A stretch of DNA of 64,000 bases from Chrysochromulina tobinii (lineage: Eukaryota). The notes beneath the pieces were generated by a model. It saw nothing but the letters and a program-made list of their open reading frames with translations. It was not told the origin of the DNA and did not search any database. The translations under genes were made by a program, and so were the position numbers. The first letter of the stretch is position 1; every line of letters begins with the position of its first letter. Below, one piece after another: positions 21,631 to 32,976 of the stretch. The DNA lies in contig JWZX01003273.1 of the NCBI GenBank assembly GCA_001275005.1, positions 1-64,000 of the forward strand. The letters are read 5' to 3'.

Positions 21631-22550
21631 GTTGCCTCCGTCCTAAATGACGTTGTGAATGTAGCGCTGCGTCGGACGCTTTCCGCGCTACGTGCGTCCT
21701 TCCAATTTCGGGAAGGCGCCGCAACTTCGAATTCCAATTTCGTCAGGCGCATTCGCAAGCAAAATTGTGCTTCAAACGCTCGCAGTCACATCCTTTCACC
21801 CCGGCAAAGCGTGTTTCTACTGGATGAGCTATGTGTCAGAGGGACGTACTCATGCGTTTACTAGAGGACTAAGTTACGTAAGATGCAACAAATGCAACAT
21901 GATGCAAGGACATCTGACGACACACACTCAGGGAGACCTCAGACCAGGGCCGCCGCGGCGCGGACCGCCGCACTAGCCGCACGCGCCTTCGGCTTCGCCC
22001 AGTGCCAGTCGCCCAGTCCGACCACGCACGCATCAAGGCCCAGGGTAATGATAGCAGCGCCGTCCGCTCTCACGTCTCATCAGAACACGAGTAAGTCAGT
22101 GTCAGAAGACCGCAGAAGTCAGAACGAGATTGAGATTCAACCTCAACGGTCCAACGCTCCAACCAGCGCGGACAGCGCCGTTTCCGAGCCCCGACTCCGG
22201 TTAAAAGTGACTTAAAGTCACTTTAACGAACAACGACTTAGCTATTTAAGTATTTATAAAATTATTTAAAGTCGGTTTGAGGACATAACACTCAAGTGTC
22301 ACCCTGCCGCTTGCCGCTCGTTTACTCCGTGCGACCGCGTCCCGCTCGCTCCTCTGAAGTCTGATTACTGATACTAACAGCAGCTACACGAGACGCAGGC
22401 TGGACTCTGGACAGTCGCCCGACACCATCAGTCTTCAGTCTTCAGTCATCAGACATCAGACCGACGGCTCGGCACACATTGACGGTGACACCTAGGTCAG
22501 GGACAGGCACTTGCCCGAAACTTCCGATGTCTCCACACCGCCGCATGGGC

Positions 22551-23765
22551 TTAGCCCAACGTCGTCGTGCCGAGCGACATCTCGACGACAAACTGGCCCG
22601 TATAATTATTGGCCATGCTCGCGTTCAAGCGTTGTGTCGTACGGAGCGGGCGCGCCCCGCCGCCTTGTTTCATGGGTTCTCGCTCTGGGAAGACACCAGA
22701 GTCGCGCTTGACCCACGGGAATTTGTCACCGACCGCCTTGCCCCCTGTCGAGTCGAGCGGATTGACCGTCTTGGGCGGGTTCGCTTTCGACTCGCGCGAC
22801 CAGCCGCCTCCAAGCACGCGCGGCTTCGTGTACGCGATCACCTCAGCGACCGTCCTCTCCTCGTGGCCACTCGGGTCGAGGAGTGGGCCAGCGGGTCCGC
22901 GAGTCGGTGAGATGGACTTTGGCCGTGGTGCTGGGTGCACCTTGGAGGTGGAGGGCAGCGGGCGCGCGGGCATGGCGCCGTAGCAAAGGGGTCGCCTCAG
23001 GACGGAAGGTAACAGATCAGGGGCTTGCGGCCCGTCGGTGTGACGCGGATTGGAGCCGCGCGCCTCGAGCGCGAGCGTTGCCGCCACAGCCGCTGCCCGG
23101 GCGCGCGACGTACGCGTATCATCGGGCGCGCGGGCGACGGCAGCGGCGCTCGTGGGGCGTGGGCGGCCGGAGGCGTGGGCGGCGGCGCCAAAGCCGTTAC
23201 GAGAGCCCGGCGAGACAGGGATACTGCCGCCCAGGGAGCCCGTCCTCGACGCCCCCGCACTCTGCGGTGGCGCCGACGGTGGGCGGCCCCCGCTCGACGT
23301 CGGCCGACCGTTGGCTGCCGAGCCGAGACGCCGCCGACCGAGGGGAACGTCTGCCGTCGCACGTGACGCCGCGCGCTCATTCCAGCTCATGCGCGCTGGC
23401 GCGGCCGCAGAGCGTTCTTGTACCAGTGTCTCAAGCACCTGGGTATCGATCTTATGAACGGGCGCAGGGGCTATGGCCGCGCTGCAGGCGCCACCGGCGG
23501 CCGACACGCAGCGAGCATGCGCCGGCGAGAGTGGTGGCGACGGCGCGCTGCTGCCGCCAGCTGGAGGGGGCGCGGTGGAGTCTTCGGCGCCAGGAGGAGC
23601 GGCCGCGAGCACCATCGCCTTGGCCGCCTTGAACTCGGATTCGTCGAGGGCGCCTTTCGCCCACAGCTCTGCCAGCTTTGCCAGCTGGCCCGCGACGCCG
23701 TCTGATGCTGCCATAGACTCACAAACAGCGAGGAGGTGGCGTCCTGATTCCGCCTTAGGTGGCAT
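22551..23765 (-). CDS. Hypothetical protein with N-terminal SHOCT-like helix and low-complexity body
   Basis: QLAKLAELWAKGALDESEFKAAKAMVL matches the SHOCT pattern; start uncertain (23765 or 23714). Confidence 0.55.
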   Translation of the reverse strand: MPPKAESGRHLLAVCESMAASDGVAGQLAKLAELWAKGALDESEFKAAKAMVLAAAPPGAEDSTAPPPAGGSSAPSPPLSPAHARCVSAAGGACSAAIAPAPVHKIDTQVLETLVQERSAAAPARMSWNERAASRATADVPLGRRRLGSAANGRPTSSGGRPPSAPPQSAGASRTGSLGGSIPVSPGSRNGFGAAAHASGRPRPTSAAAVARAPDDTRTSRARAAAVAATLALEARGSNPRHTDGPQAPDLLPSVLRRPLCYGAMPARPLPSTSKVHPAPRPKSISPTRGPAGPLLDPSGHEERTVAEVIAYTKPRVLGGGWSRESKANPPKTVNPLDSTGGKAVGDKFPWVKRDSGVFPEREPMKQGGGARPLRTTQRLNASMANNYTGQFVVEMSLGTTTLG

Positions 23766-24019
23766 CTGAGGAGGCGTCCTGAACTGCGCGACCCTGGTGC
23801 GGTCCACGGCCTCGTCTAGTTGCCGTGACGGACGCTAGAAGGGGGGGACGTTAAAGAGGGCGGGTGGACATCGCGTGTTTTCACAGTGAATTCACTCGAC
23901 TTTTCTGAACACGGCCTGAGGAAAGCCCACGCACCAACCGAGGAAGGTTGATTCGTGGATCTCCTAGTTTCAAATTCACGGGTGCGGCCTGCTTTTTGTT
24001 GTCATCGCAATCTCGAAAT

Positions 24020-25016
24020 ATGGTCGCGGCCTCTCGGCGCCAGCTAGGGAGCTTCCTCCTCTTTCTGCTTTCCGTCCGATCACTTTGCGCCACCGTGTCA
24101 TGCTCTCCCAGCTTCAGCCGACATCTCGCTCGCGACTCAGAACGCAGTGAACGCGACCGAGAGGAGCAGACCTTTGCCGTCGTCACCGCCCTAAATGCAG
24201 ATGGCGCCATGCTGTGCGACCGGCTCTTCGGCGTGTGCCTCGGACGCGCTTTGCCGACGGATGGAACGGGTTCGAGGATTCAGGCGGACTTGTGCGCGCC
24301 GCTCGCGCCCGATGCGCCGGCTCTCCTGCTCCTCGGCGCCAGCAGCAGCAGCGCCCGTATGGGCACGCACACCGCCAGCATCGCTGGCCACGCTCGCGGT
24401 CGCCGACGTTTGGCTAGCCGCGCTGCCAGCCTTGGCTGGAGGCGCTCGGCGCACAGCGGCTCTCGATGCGGTGCTCGAGCGCGCGCTCGATGCCATCGAA
24501 CAGATGCCGCCGTCGACCACTGACGGGGCTACGGATCCGCCGCCGCGTCGGCTGCTGCTCGTCATGACGACCACCAAGGCCGCGACAAAGGCGGACGAGC
24601 TCCTCTCTCAGCCATGGTCTGCGGCGGAAATTGAGAGCCGGCTCGATGAGCTCCGCGCGCTGCGGCCAGCGCGGTCGTACGCTCACGTTCGGTCACGGGA
24701 TCGCCTCGCTGTGAGCGTCGCCTCTCTGGCTGAGAGCGGAGGCGGCGGTGGCGGCGGCGGCGTTCAGGGCGGTTCGGCCCTCCTCGCAAGGTTTGCACGG
24801 CCGGCGCGGCCCGACTACCTGCTCGGCGACCCGCGGCGCGTGCCGAAGAGCTTGACGCTCGCACAAGTGCCATGCCTCCTCACCGAGCTACTTTGGCTGC
24901 TCGACGCGCCCAAAGGCAAGCGCCGGGCAACCGTGCGCGGCGGCGGCGGGAGTACGGGCGGCCGCGACGAGCGCGGCGAGCCAGGCGGCCCCAGCGGCGG
25001 CGGCGGCGGCGGCGGC

Positions 25017-25059
<43 letters not shown>

Positions 25060-26099
25060 CCACCGATGCCTCCTTGAGCGACGAGGAAGTGCTTCAAATG
25101 CTTGGGCGGGTGGCCCCTGTTGCAGCCCAGCCGAATGGAGCTGCCCAATTTGGTCCAATCGATTGGAGCCACTCTCCCGCACGTTTGCGATCACTGCTCA
25201 TGGAGGGCGGCTGGCCAGCGATCAGTGAGCGGCGCATTCGCACACTCAAGTCACTGTCCACGAAGGCTGCGAACCCCAGCAGTTGCAGCAGCAGCAGCCG
25301 CGGCGTGGCCGGCGAGGCCAGCGGCGGCGGGGCTGAGGCCGAGCCGCCGCGCACAGCCGAGCAGCTCGCGCGGCTCGCGAGCGCGGCTCCGAGCGAGTGG
25401 TTGGCTCTTGTGGGGTGCGAGGGCGCACGCCAAAAGGCGTGCGAGGCGGCGGCCGCTGAGGCGCGCGAGCTGCGAACGGCGATCGCCGAGGCCGCGCGTA
25501 ACCCGCTCGACGACTTTGCGCCGCGGGCGGAACGGCTCATCGCCAACACGCTGCGGGTGTACGATGCGAGCTCTTCGCGGTTTGTGAGCCGGCGATCGCA
25601 CGCGGCCAAGCGCGAGGCAGTGTCGCGAGCGGCGACGGCGGAGGCGCTCCGGCTGACGCGTCAGCAACTGAGCGTGCTCTTCGAGGATGCCCTTGCCACC
25701 TTTCGCGCCGACCTCGTGCTACTCATGGCCGCGGCCGCCCGGTACGACCGTGCTTCGACGCGGCTGAGCCGCAAGACGACGCGCCGCTTTGAACGGGCGG
25801 TGAGGGCGTCGACGCCCGCGCACATTGGTACGCGGCCGCAAGGCGTGGCGCTGCAGCGGCGCTGCGTGCGCCGGCTGCGCCAGCATCTGCTCATCGAGGC
25901 GGCCGCACACGAGGCCGAGGCGGCTGTGCTGCCGCCGCGCGAGCAGGACGTGGGGCCGTCGCCGTGGTGGAAGCAGCTGCTCGTGCAGGCCATCCAGATC
26001 GTGCTCAACCTCGCGCAGGGGTACCTGCTGCAGTATCTGCCCGCCAAGCGCAAGGACCTCGCCGACGAGCGCGCGATGCCGAGGGGGCCTCTGTTCTGA
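24020..26099 (+). CDS. Hypothetical signal-peptide protein, possibly a degenerate RHD3/Sey1-like fold; frame discontinuity near 24340-24380
   Basis: MVAASRRQLGSFLLFLLSV (signal-like), FAVVTALNADGAMLCDRLFG, then in the next frame LATLAVADVWL; C-terminus PWWKQLL...MPRGPLF. Confidence 0.45.
24996..25058. repeat. Compound microsatellite (GGC)8(AGC)13 encoding poly-Gly/poly-Ser
   Basis: Directly visible. Confidence 0.9.
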
Positions 26100-26160
26100 G
26101 CTTAAGGGATTAAGGTTAAGGTTGCGTTGGGCCGCCGGCCTCCGAACAGCCTCAGGGGAC

Positions 26161-28849
26161 ATGATGGGGAACGTCTGGAGTGGGGGCGGCGGTGGCACCA
26201 GCACCGTCAAAGCCGACGGCTGGGCAGTCGTCAAAGGAGGCGGGCGCAGTGCGGCGGCGGCAGCGGCCGAGCGGCGGGCGGCCGAACGTAAGGAGGCCGA
26301 GCGGCGGGCGGCTGAGCGGCTAGCGGCTGAGCAGCAGGCGGCGGAGCAGAAGGCGGCGGAGCAGAAGGCGGCGGAGCAGAAGGCGGCGGAGCAGAAGGCG
26401 GCGAAGCAGAAGGCGGCGGAGCAGAAGGCGGCGGAGCAGAAGGCGCCCAAGGTGGAGAAGAAGCAAGTAGCGGCGCCCTCTGGAAGTCCTCAAGGTGAGC
26501 CGGAGGCGGATCTTCTTCGGGCGAAGATTGACATGATGCAGCGCGAGGGCGAAGATGACATGGTCATCAGCGCGCTCAGGGAGAAGCTCGAACGCCTAGA
26601 GAAAGATAGCCATGGGGAGGCGGCCGGGCAGGCGGCAGCGGCCGCCGCCACCACCAAGCAGCCCTCGGCGGGAGTCAGCCGTTGGGAGGAAGGGCGAATC
26701 GGGCGCGATGACGAACTCGACGAGCGCCGTCACGGGCAGGTTCATCGAGTGCGAATCGGGCTTGAGGAGGGCCGAGATCAGGGCCGAGATAAGGGCCGAG
26801 AGGCGCCACCGACGGGTCGGGAAGGCACACGGACGGCGCCGCAGGCAAGGAGCGTAGGGATGGCGGCGCAGGAGGACGGAATGAGCGTAGGGAGGGCGGC
26901 GCAGGAGGATGTAAGGAGCGTAGGGAGGTCGGCGCAGGACGAGAGAACGGCGGCGCAGGAGGAGGGAATGGCGGCGCAGGAGGAGGGAACGGCGGCGCAG
27001 GAGCACGGAACGGCGGCGCGGCGTCCGAGGGCTCGTTCGATGGACGAGCAGAATGTGGACCAGGCTACGGTCAGCCGGACGTCCGAGCCTGATCATAAAG
27101 GCTCGATGGATGCATCTGAGCCTGCTCAGCGGCGTCGCCGTAGTGCCGTCCGCTCGCTACAACGCTCTTCACAAGCCGGCGCGCGAGGCAGCTGCGGAGC
27201 GCGCCGAGGCGGGCGATGATGCGCCAACGGCCGAGGGAGAGACGCAGAAGGAGCCAACGGCCGAGGGAGCGGCGCAGAAGGAGCCAACGAAGGAGCCAAC
27301 GGCCAAGGCAGCGATGGAGGCCAGTGAGAAGGCAAAGGAGGCGGCCGAGGCTCATGCTGCCCATGTGGCCGAGGCAGAGGCTCATGCTGCCCAGGCGGCC
27401 GAGAGGGAGATGGCCGAGCTCAAGGCGGCGGCTGAGGCCAAGCGAGCTGAGCGGCGCGACGGCCGACGAGATCATTCGAGCTCGGGGATCATTCGAGAGC
27501 CGCTACCCCAATGCTCCGCCGCATGCAGCGACGAGTTCAGCACGAATTGCATCAGCGCCACACGTACTTACGCAGACTGCCGCGCCGCGCTTGACCGCGG
27601 TATCGGACCGCTCAGAGACTATTGCGTGCCAGGGTGCACCGACACCGCACTGATGGGCGCGGTCAGGAGTGCACGTCCGCTTGCTGCATCGCCGCCGCCC
27701 TCTTCATCGCCGCCGCCGCCGTCTGCATCGCCACCGCCGCCCTCGCCCTCGCCACCGTCTGCATTGCAGCCGCCGCCCTCGCCCTCGCCGCCGTCTGCAT
27801 CGCCGCCGCCCTCTTCCTCGCCGCCGCCGTCTGCCTCGCCGCCGCCGCCGTTGGACTCGCCGCCGCCGCCGCCCTCCCCCTCACCGCTGGCCTCGCCCTC
27901 GCCGCCGCCCTCACCGCTGCCAAAGAAGGACACAACAAGCGCCTTGGTGGCAGCGCCCGGGGAGGTAGCGGTGGCTGCTCTCGTCACGAGGGGTGGCGGC
28001 TCACCACTGACAGATGCAACGGCGGAGAAGGGAGAGGGCACGCCAGATGAGGAAGACAAGGCGATGGCGCAGTCAGAGCTCAAGGCGAAGCTCAAAGCCG
28101 AGCAAAACGCCGAGATCACCGAGCTCAAGAAGCTGAAAGCGCCAGATGAGGAAGACAAGGCGATGGCACAGTCAGAGCTCAAGGCGAAGCTCAAAGCCGA
28201 GCAAAACGCCGAGATCACCGAGCTCAAGAAGCTCAAAGCCGAGCAAAACGCCGAGATCGCCGAGCTCAAGAAGCTCAAAGCCGAGCAAAACGCCGAGATC
28301 GCCGAGCTCAAGATGCCGCTCGAGACCGCACCAGTGACCACGCCCCCTTCCTCCAAGGCGGCCGCGGCCGAAACGTCAATGGGCGTGGCGTCGACGGCCG
28401 TGGGCTCACAGCAGACTGTCTCGCCCGTCGCGCAAGTCCCGACGGCTCCCGAAGGCCGTGCAGCAGAAGCCAACCGGCGCTCCACCGTCTCAAAGGACGA
28501 CTTTGCTGCCCCCGGTCAACACAAGTTTACCGCGGGGGGCGCATTCGGCTCGTCGGTAGGCCTCGGACCCTTAGGCGTCGACTCTGACAAGGACCTTACT
28601 GCGAATCTGGTGGCTCCCACTACCGAGCCCGTGCAAGCGCTGGCGCAAGCGCTGGCGCGAGCGGTGCCCGCAGCCATAGACGCGGCGCAGCCGCAGGCAG
28701 CCCCGGCAAAGGCCAAGCTCACGACCGCGCCGGGGGCAGCGAGGGGCAAGGGGAGCGCACTGGCAGAGATTCTGGCAGGCGAAATCCTCGCCGAAGCCGT
28801 TCCTGCAGCGCCGGTCGCGTCTTCGAAGACTGTAGTCCGTACTCTCTAG
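26161..28849 (+). CDS. Low-complexity repetitive protein (AAEQK, AAQE, SPPP and AEQNAEIxELKKLK repeats; small Cys-rich domain); frame discontinuity near 27148-27175
   Basis: MMGNVWS start (possible myristoylation); 15-bp GCGGCGGAGCAGAAG repeats at about 26340-26440; near-exact duplication of about 99 bp at about 28042-28240; CSAACSDEFSTNC...C...CVPGC domain. Could be two genes. Confidence 0.45.
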
Positions 28850-29405
28850 TTCTCCGACCGGATCTTTGAGCTTTAAGCCCGACTGACTGTGAATGTATTA
28901 GGCACGCCGGATCGGCCGGTCCCCGGTATCTTGAGCTTACTTGACGGGGTCGGCGTCGGGTCCGCGAGTTTGTAACCGATTCCGGCTGTGAATGTGAAGT
29001 TCGGCAGGGATCACCCTGTACGCTGGGAGCGAGCACGACCTCGAAACTGACTGACTGACTGACTGACCTGACTCACAGCTCACTAGCAGTCGGTTGCAGC
29101 TCAGGTTAGAGGTTTCAGGCCGAACCGGATGGCGGATCGAAGTCTGAACAACAAGCTGAACAATTGAGTTGTAGCCGCGAGAGTCAGAGCACGCGAGAAC
29201 AAATCGCAAATGTACTTAGTACATGTTGACCGAGGGCAGCGGAGCCGTCCTTTGAGACGGAGTGTGTTCAGCGCGGGGGCCACTGACTGTGAAGGTCCTT
29301 TTTTCGCACATGGTGGTTTCGTGTTTCTCGTGCGGCCCCCGTTCACTGTGCTTCACTTCCGCGACCGACTCGCGCACCGTGGCTCGCTTGGACGACTCGT
29401 CCGAC

Positions 29406-31851
29406 ATGCCAATTGGACCTCCGCCGGGGCCCGACTATGCGGCCAAGATCATTGAGGCGTCAAGGTCTCGGCGCTCGCAGCTGAATCTCAACATGAAGAT
29501 CTCGCTCGACTTTTCCGAGCCGCCACCGCCGCCAAAACCAAGCACAGCTGAGATTCGGGAGCGGCAGAAGCAGGAGAGAATGAGCACGATCCAGCAAATT
29601 GTGGCCGACGTCAAGGCCCGGCACCATGCCGAGCAGCGCGAGCGTAATCAACTTGACACGCTGGATCACGGCATCAACTCCGCTCGGGCGCGGGCCGCCA
29701 TGCATCTTGAGCTGCATCGCCTGATCACTGTCCACGGCGAAGAGACCATGCGGCAGGAGCACGCGAGACTGCAGGCTGCCAATGCCGAGAGTGCCGCGCT
29801 GGCCGCCTCCGAAGCAGCTAGGGCGATGACGCCGATGCATGCCTCCCTCGCGGCCATGGAGTCGGCACGGAAGGGTCGGCAGACAGCGTGGAAGCAACGC
29901 AAGGACAATCTCGGTGAGGTGTGGGGAATTGAGGAGTGGCCCCGGGCGGAGCCCGTGCCGAGTCTACCCGTGCCGCACCCGCCGGCAGAGGGCGAGACCA
30001 AGCGTGCGCCTCGAAGACCGCCCAAGTTGCGCCCAATGCATGGCGATGAGAGTGTGGGCGAGGCGCTAGGAGCCACCGCGATCGCGGCGCTGCCCCCGGA
30101 GCAGAAGGCCTTGTACGAGTACATGAGTGAGGCGGAGCAGGCGGCATTTGCCGGGATGAGTGAGGAGCAGCGCGCGACGTTTGCGCTCATGACGCCCGAA
30201 GAGCGCGCTCAGTCGTTGCGCCTTGCGGGGATGAGGTCGCTGGATGGCGAGCTGACCTTCACAGCGGGGATGAGAAGCTCCCTCCTCTCATCAGCGACGG
30301 TCGCTGTGAAGGTCAGCTCGCCATCCAGCGCACCGCCAGCCGCGGCCTCGCGCTCCCTCCCCGAGGGCGACCTCTATGATTTCCTCGAGGCGGCGGGCCT
30401 CGGGCCGGAGCCCGCGCCCGCCAACGCCTCTGCGCTGCCGCTGCCGCTCTCGCCTCATCTGCCTCGTCCACACGCGAACCGATCGAAGGCGCGGCAATCG
30501 GCGCGCGAATCGCCGCCGATGGCGTCGTCGCTACCGAGCTCTTCAACGACGAAGCGCCCAGGGAGCTCGCCAACCAAGGCGCATCTTCGATACCTGGACA
30601 TAGAGCAAGCGCGCGGCGACATCATGACCGCGTACCCGACCACGATCGATCCCGCGAAGGAAGAGGCCAAGGCCCGTCTTGAAAAGCTGTCCGCCGCGCG
30701 CGGTGTGGACTCGAGCCGAGGCGGCGCAGCCGACCGTCCGCCCTTTGACGAGCGTTGGATACAGCTGCGAGCGCCCGATGGCGGCAACCTGTACGCGATG
30801 CTTCCACCCATGGTCGACGGGCGCTTGTGCGAGACGGAGCTCGGTGAGGACGTGGCGACGGGCACGGAGCTCCACCCAGCCGCATTGCTCCCCACGGGCA
30901 CCGACTTTGACGACGAGCCGAAACTGCGTGCGGCGCGGCTGCACGCGACGATCTGCCACCATCTGTTTGCGGCCCCCGTCCTACCGGCCAAGGACGAGGC
31001 CGAGGGCTCTGCGGCGTCCGAGCCAGCTTTGCGCACGCCGCTGGTCGTCGACGGCGGCGACGAGGCTGGCCTCGGCGTCCTTGGAGGCCGAGGTGGAGCG
31101 CCTCCTGTGCATCGCTTACTCTTCGCACGACCATGACGCAATGTCGGTGCTCCCGATGCCGGTGCGCGGCAGCCGTTCGGCTGCGGCCGTGCAGTATGAC
31201 AAGAGCCGCGGTGCGGGCGGCCCCGGCGGGCGCCCCAAGCCGATCCCGCGGCCCGTGCCCGTGAGCACCGAGGTCGTCAATCCGAATGCGCCGCCTTCGG
31301 AATGGCTCCTCACGCCCGAAGGCTACGTTGGCTTCACGCACGGCGGTACCGGCTTGCTCTCGCACATTGGCAAGCAGGTGGCGACGAGCGCCGCCGTCAT
31401 CGGCCTTGAGCGGGGCGCCGTCAGGGCACAGATAGCGAATGCACGCAAGGAGCAGGAGGACGCTAACCAGAAGGCCCTCGAGGAAGCGGCCGCGAGGAAG
31501 GCGGCCAAGGAGGCGGCCGAGGCGGCTGCGGCGGCACTGGCGCGCGAGCGACTCGACGACGCCTCGCGCAAGCGCATGCAGGCCGTGTTCGATACGCTCG
31601 AGATGCCCGTTGAGGATGCCATCACGTTCGCGACCAAGTACATGGACGGCGGTGTCGTACGGCGCGAAGCGTTCGATGAGGCGCTGCCGCTGTGGGAGGA
31701 GGCGGCGGCCGCGATAAGCGACTTCAAGAAGAGCGGCAAGAAGAACGATACTGAGCGCTGCTTTGAGGCGGCGGAGAAGCTCGAGACAAAGGTGGGCGAC
31801 ACGCCCACGCTCGGGGGAGTGCCATTTAAGGAAGCGCTCGGCGCATCGTAG
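29406..31851 (+). CDS. Hypothetical coiled-coil protein; frame discontinuity near 31000-31030
   Basis: ORF 29406-31136 reads naturally up to PAKDEAEG; the +1 frame (ORF 30679-31851) reads naturally from SLEAEVERLLC to the stop at 31851. Confidence 0.45.
30238..30330. repeat. Perfect 29-bp inverted repeat with partly paired 35-nt spacer
   Basis: CGCTGGATGGCGAGCTGACCTTCACAGCG (30238-30266) is the exact reverse complement of 30302-30330; spacer GATGAGA/TCTCATC also pairs. Confidence 0.95.
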
Positions 31852-32136
31852 CCGTCTCGACCCCGGGTACACTTAACTGACTGACCGACGGTGACTGACT
31901 GACTGGATTGAGAGTTTCCAAATTGGAAAAACGCCGTCCTGGTCGTCTCCTAGAGCGTGCGCGTTGTGCGTTTCACAGCAGCAGCAGATACGTGCACCGT
32001 AATAAGACATCGTGAGGGAGCGTTTCACGGTACCGGTAGTCCTCAATCGTTACATCCCGACCGACTCAAAGCCGAGGTCGCTCTCTGAACGTCCAGACCG
32101 CGCGCTCGGCGATCACCGCGTTCCTCAGCAGCAGGC

Positions 32137-32976
32137 ATGGCGACGTCAGGCTACTACATGTCCAGGCCAGCCACGGCACCGGCGAGCACTGTACACCGGT
32201 TCGACACTTCCGGCGTCATGGCGCGCCCTGCCGGCATCGCCGGGCTATTCGCTGCCTCGGGCGGCGGCGCAGGCTCATCGTTCTCCTATGGCTCGACCCT
32301 GACTAAATCCATCGGCAAGCAGGAGCACGCACTGCGTAGGCACTCGCCCTACTCGGTGGTCATCAACACGGGTTGGACGCCCGTCGAGGCCTCCGTGTGC
32401 CCGACGGCAGCGATGACGGGTGCGGGCGTCGTCTCCGCAGGCAGCATCGACAATACGTACACACCGCAGCCGCTGATGAACGCGTGGGGCAAGGCGCGCG
32501 AGATGGCGAGGAACGAGATCAAGAAGCCGCCGCGGAAGCAGTCGACGGACTTGCTCATCGTGGCCAAGGGTGGCCAGATGCCGGCGCCCGCGCAGGGCAT
32601 CATGGACATGGGCTCTGTACGTCCGTCTTACAGCAAAATGATCCCGCTCTTCCATCCGATCGACCCGCAGCGGTGCGAGGCGGGCTTTGTGCGCTCGCCC
32701 AACATCATCCCGGGCGCGCAGCCGCCACCCGTTTCGCCGTGGAACCCGAAGGCGAACTTCCCAACGCTTCCGGCCGATTGGAAGTTACACAAACTATACT
32801 ATGACCAGACGTCCGCACACAACTCGCGCATCCCGGTGAACAAGGTGATTCGCGCGGAGCCCGTGATGCCACCCGCGGTGCAGCAGCGCTTCCTCGCTAC
32901 CGCGGCGGGCATGCCGGGTGGGTTGGCTCTCATCCCGGCGCAGGTGACGATGGCGCGTCCCCAGACCGCCGCATGA
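32137..32976 (+). CDS. Hypothetical Pro-rich protein
   Basis: 279-aa ATG-started ORF with GC3-rich codon usage like its neighbours; no recognised domain. Confidence 0.55.
   Translation: MATSGYYMSRPATAPASTVHRFDTSGVMARPAGIAGLFAASGGGAGSSFSYGSTLTKSIGKQEHALRRHSPYSVVINTGWTPVEASVCPTAAMTGAGVVSAGSIDNTYTPQPLMNAWGKAREMARNEIKKPPRKQSTDLLIVAKGGQMPAPAQGIMDMGSVRPSYSKMIPLFHPIDPQRCEAGFVRSPNIIPGAQPPPVSPWNPKANFPTLPADWKLHKLYYDQTSAHNSRIPVNKVIRAEPVMPPAVQQRFLATAAGMPGGLALIPAQVTMARPQTAA

Noticed and set aside
26101..26125. TTAAGGGATTAAGGTTAAGG as an interstitial telomeric repeat
   Set aside because: Only three degenerate units and not TTAGGG.
26330..28320. Regularly spaced repeats suggesting a CRISPR-like array
   Set aside because: They are in-frame coding repeats with no unique spacers and no cas genes, in a eukaryotic context.
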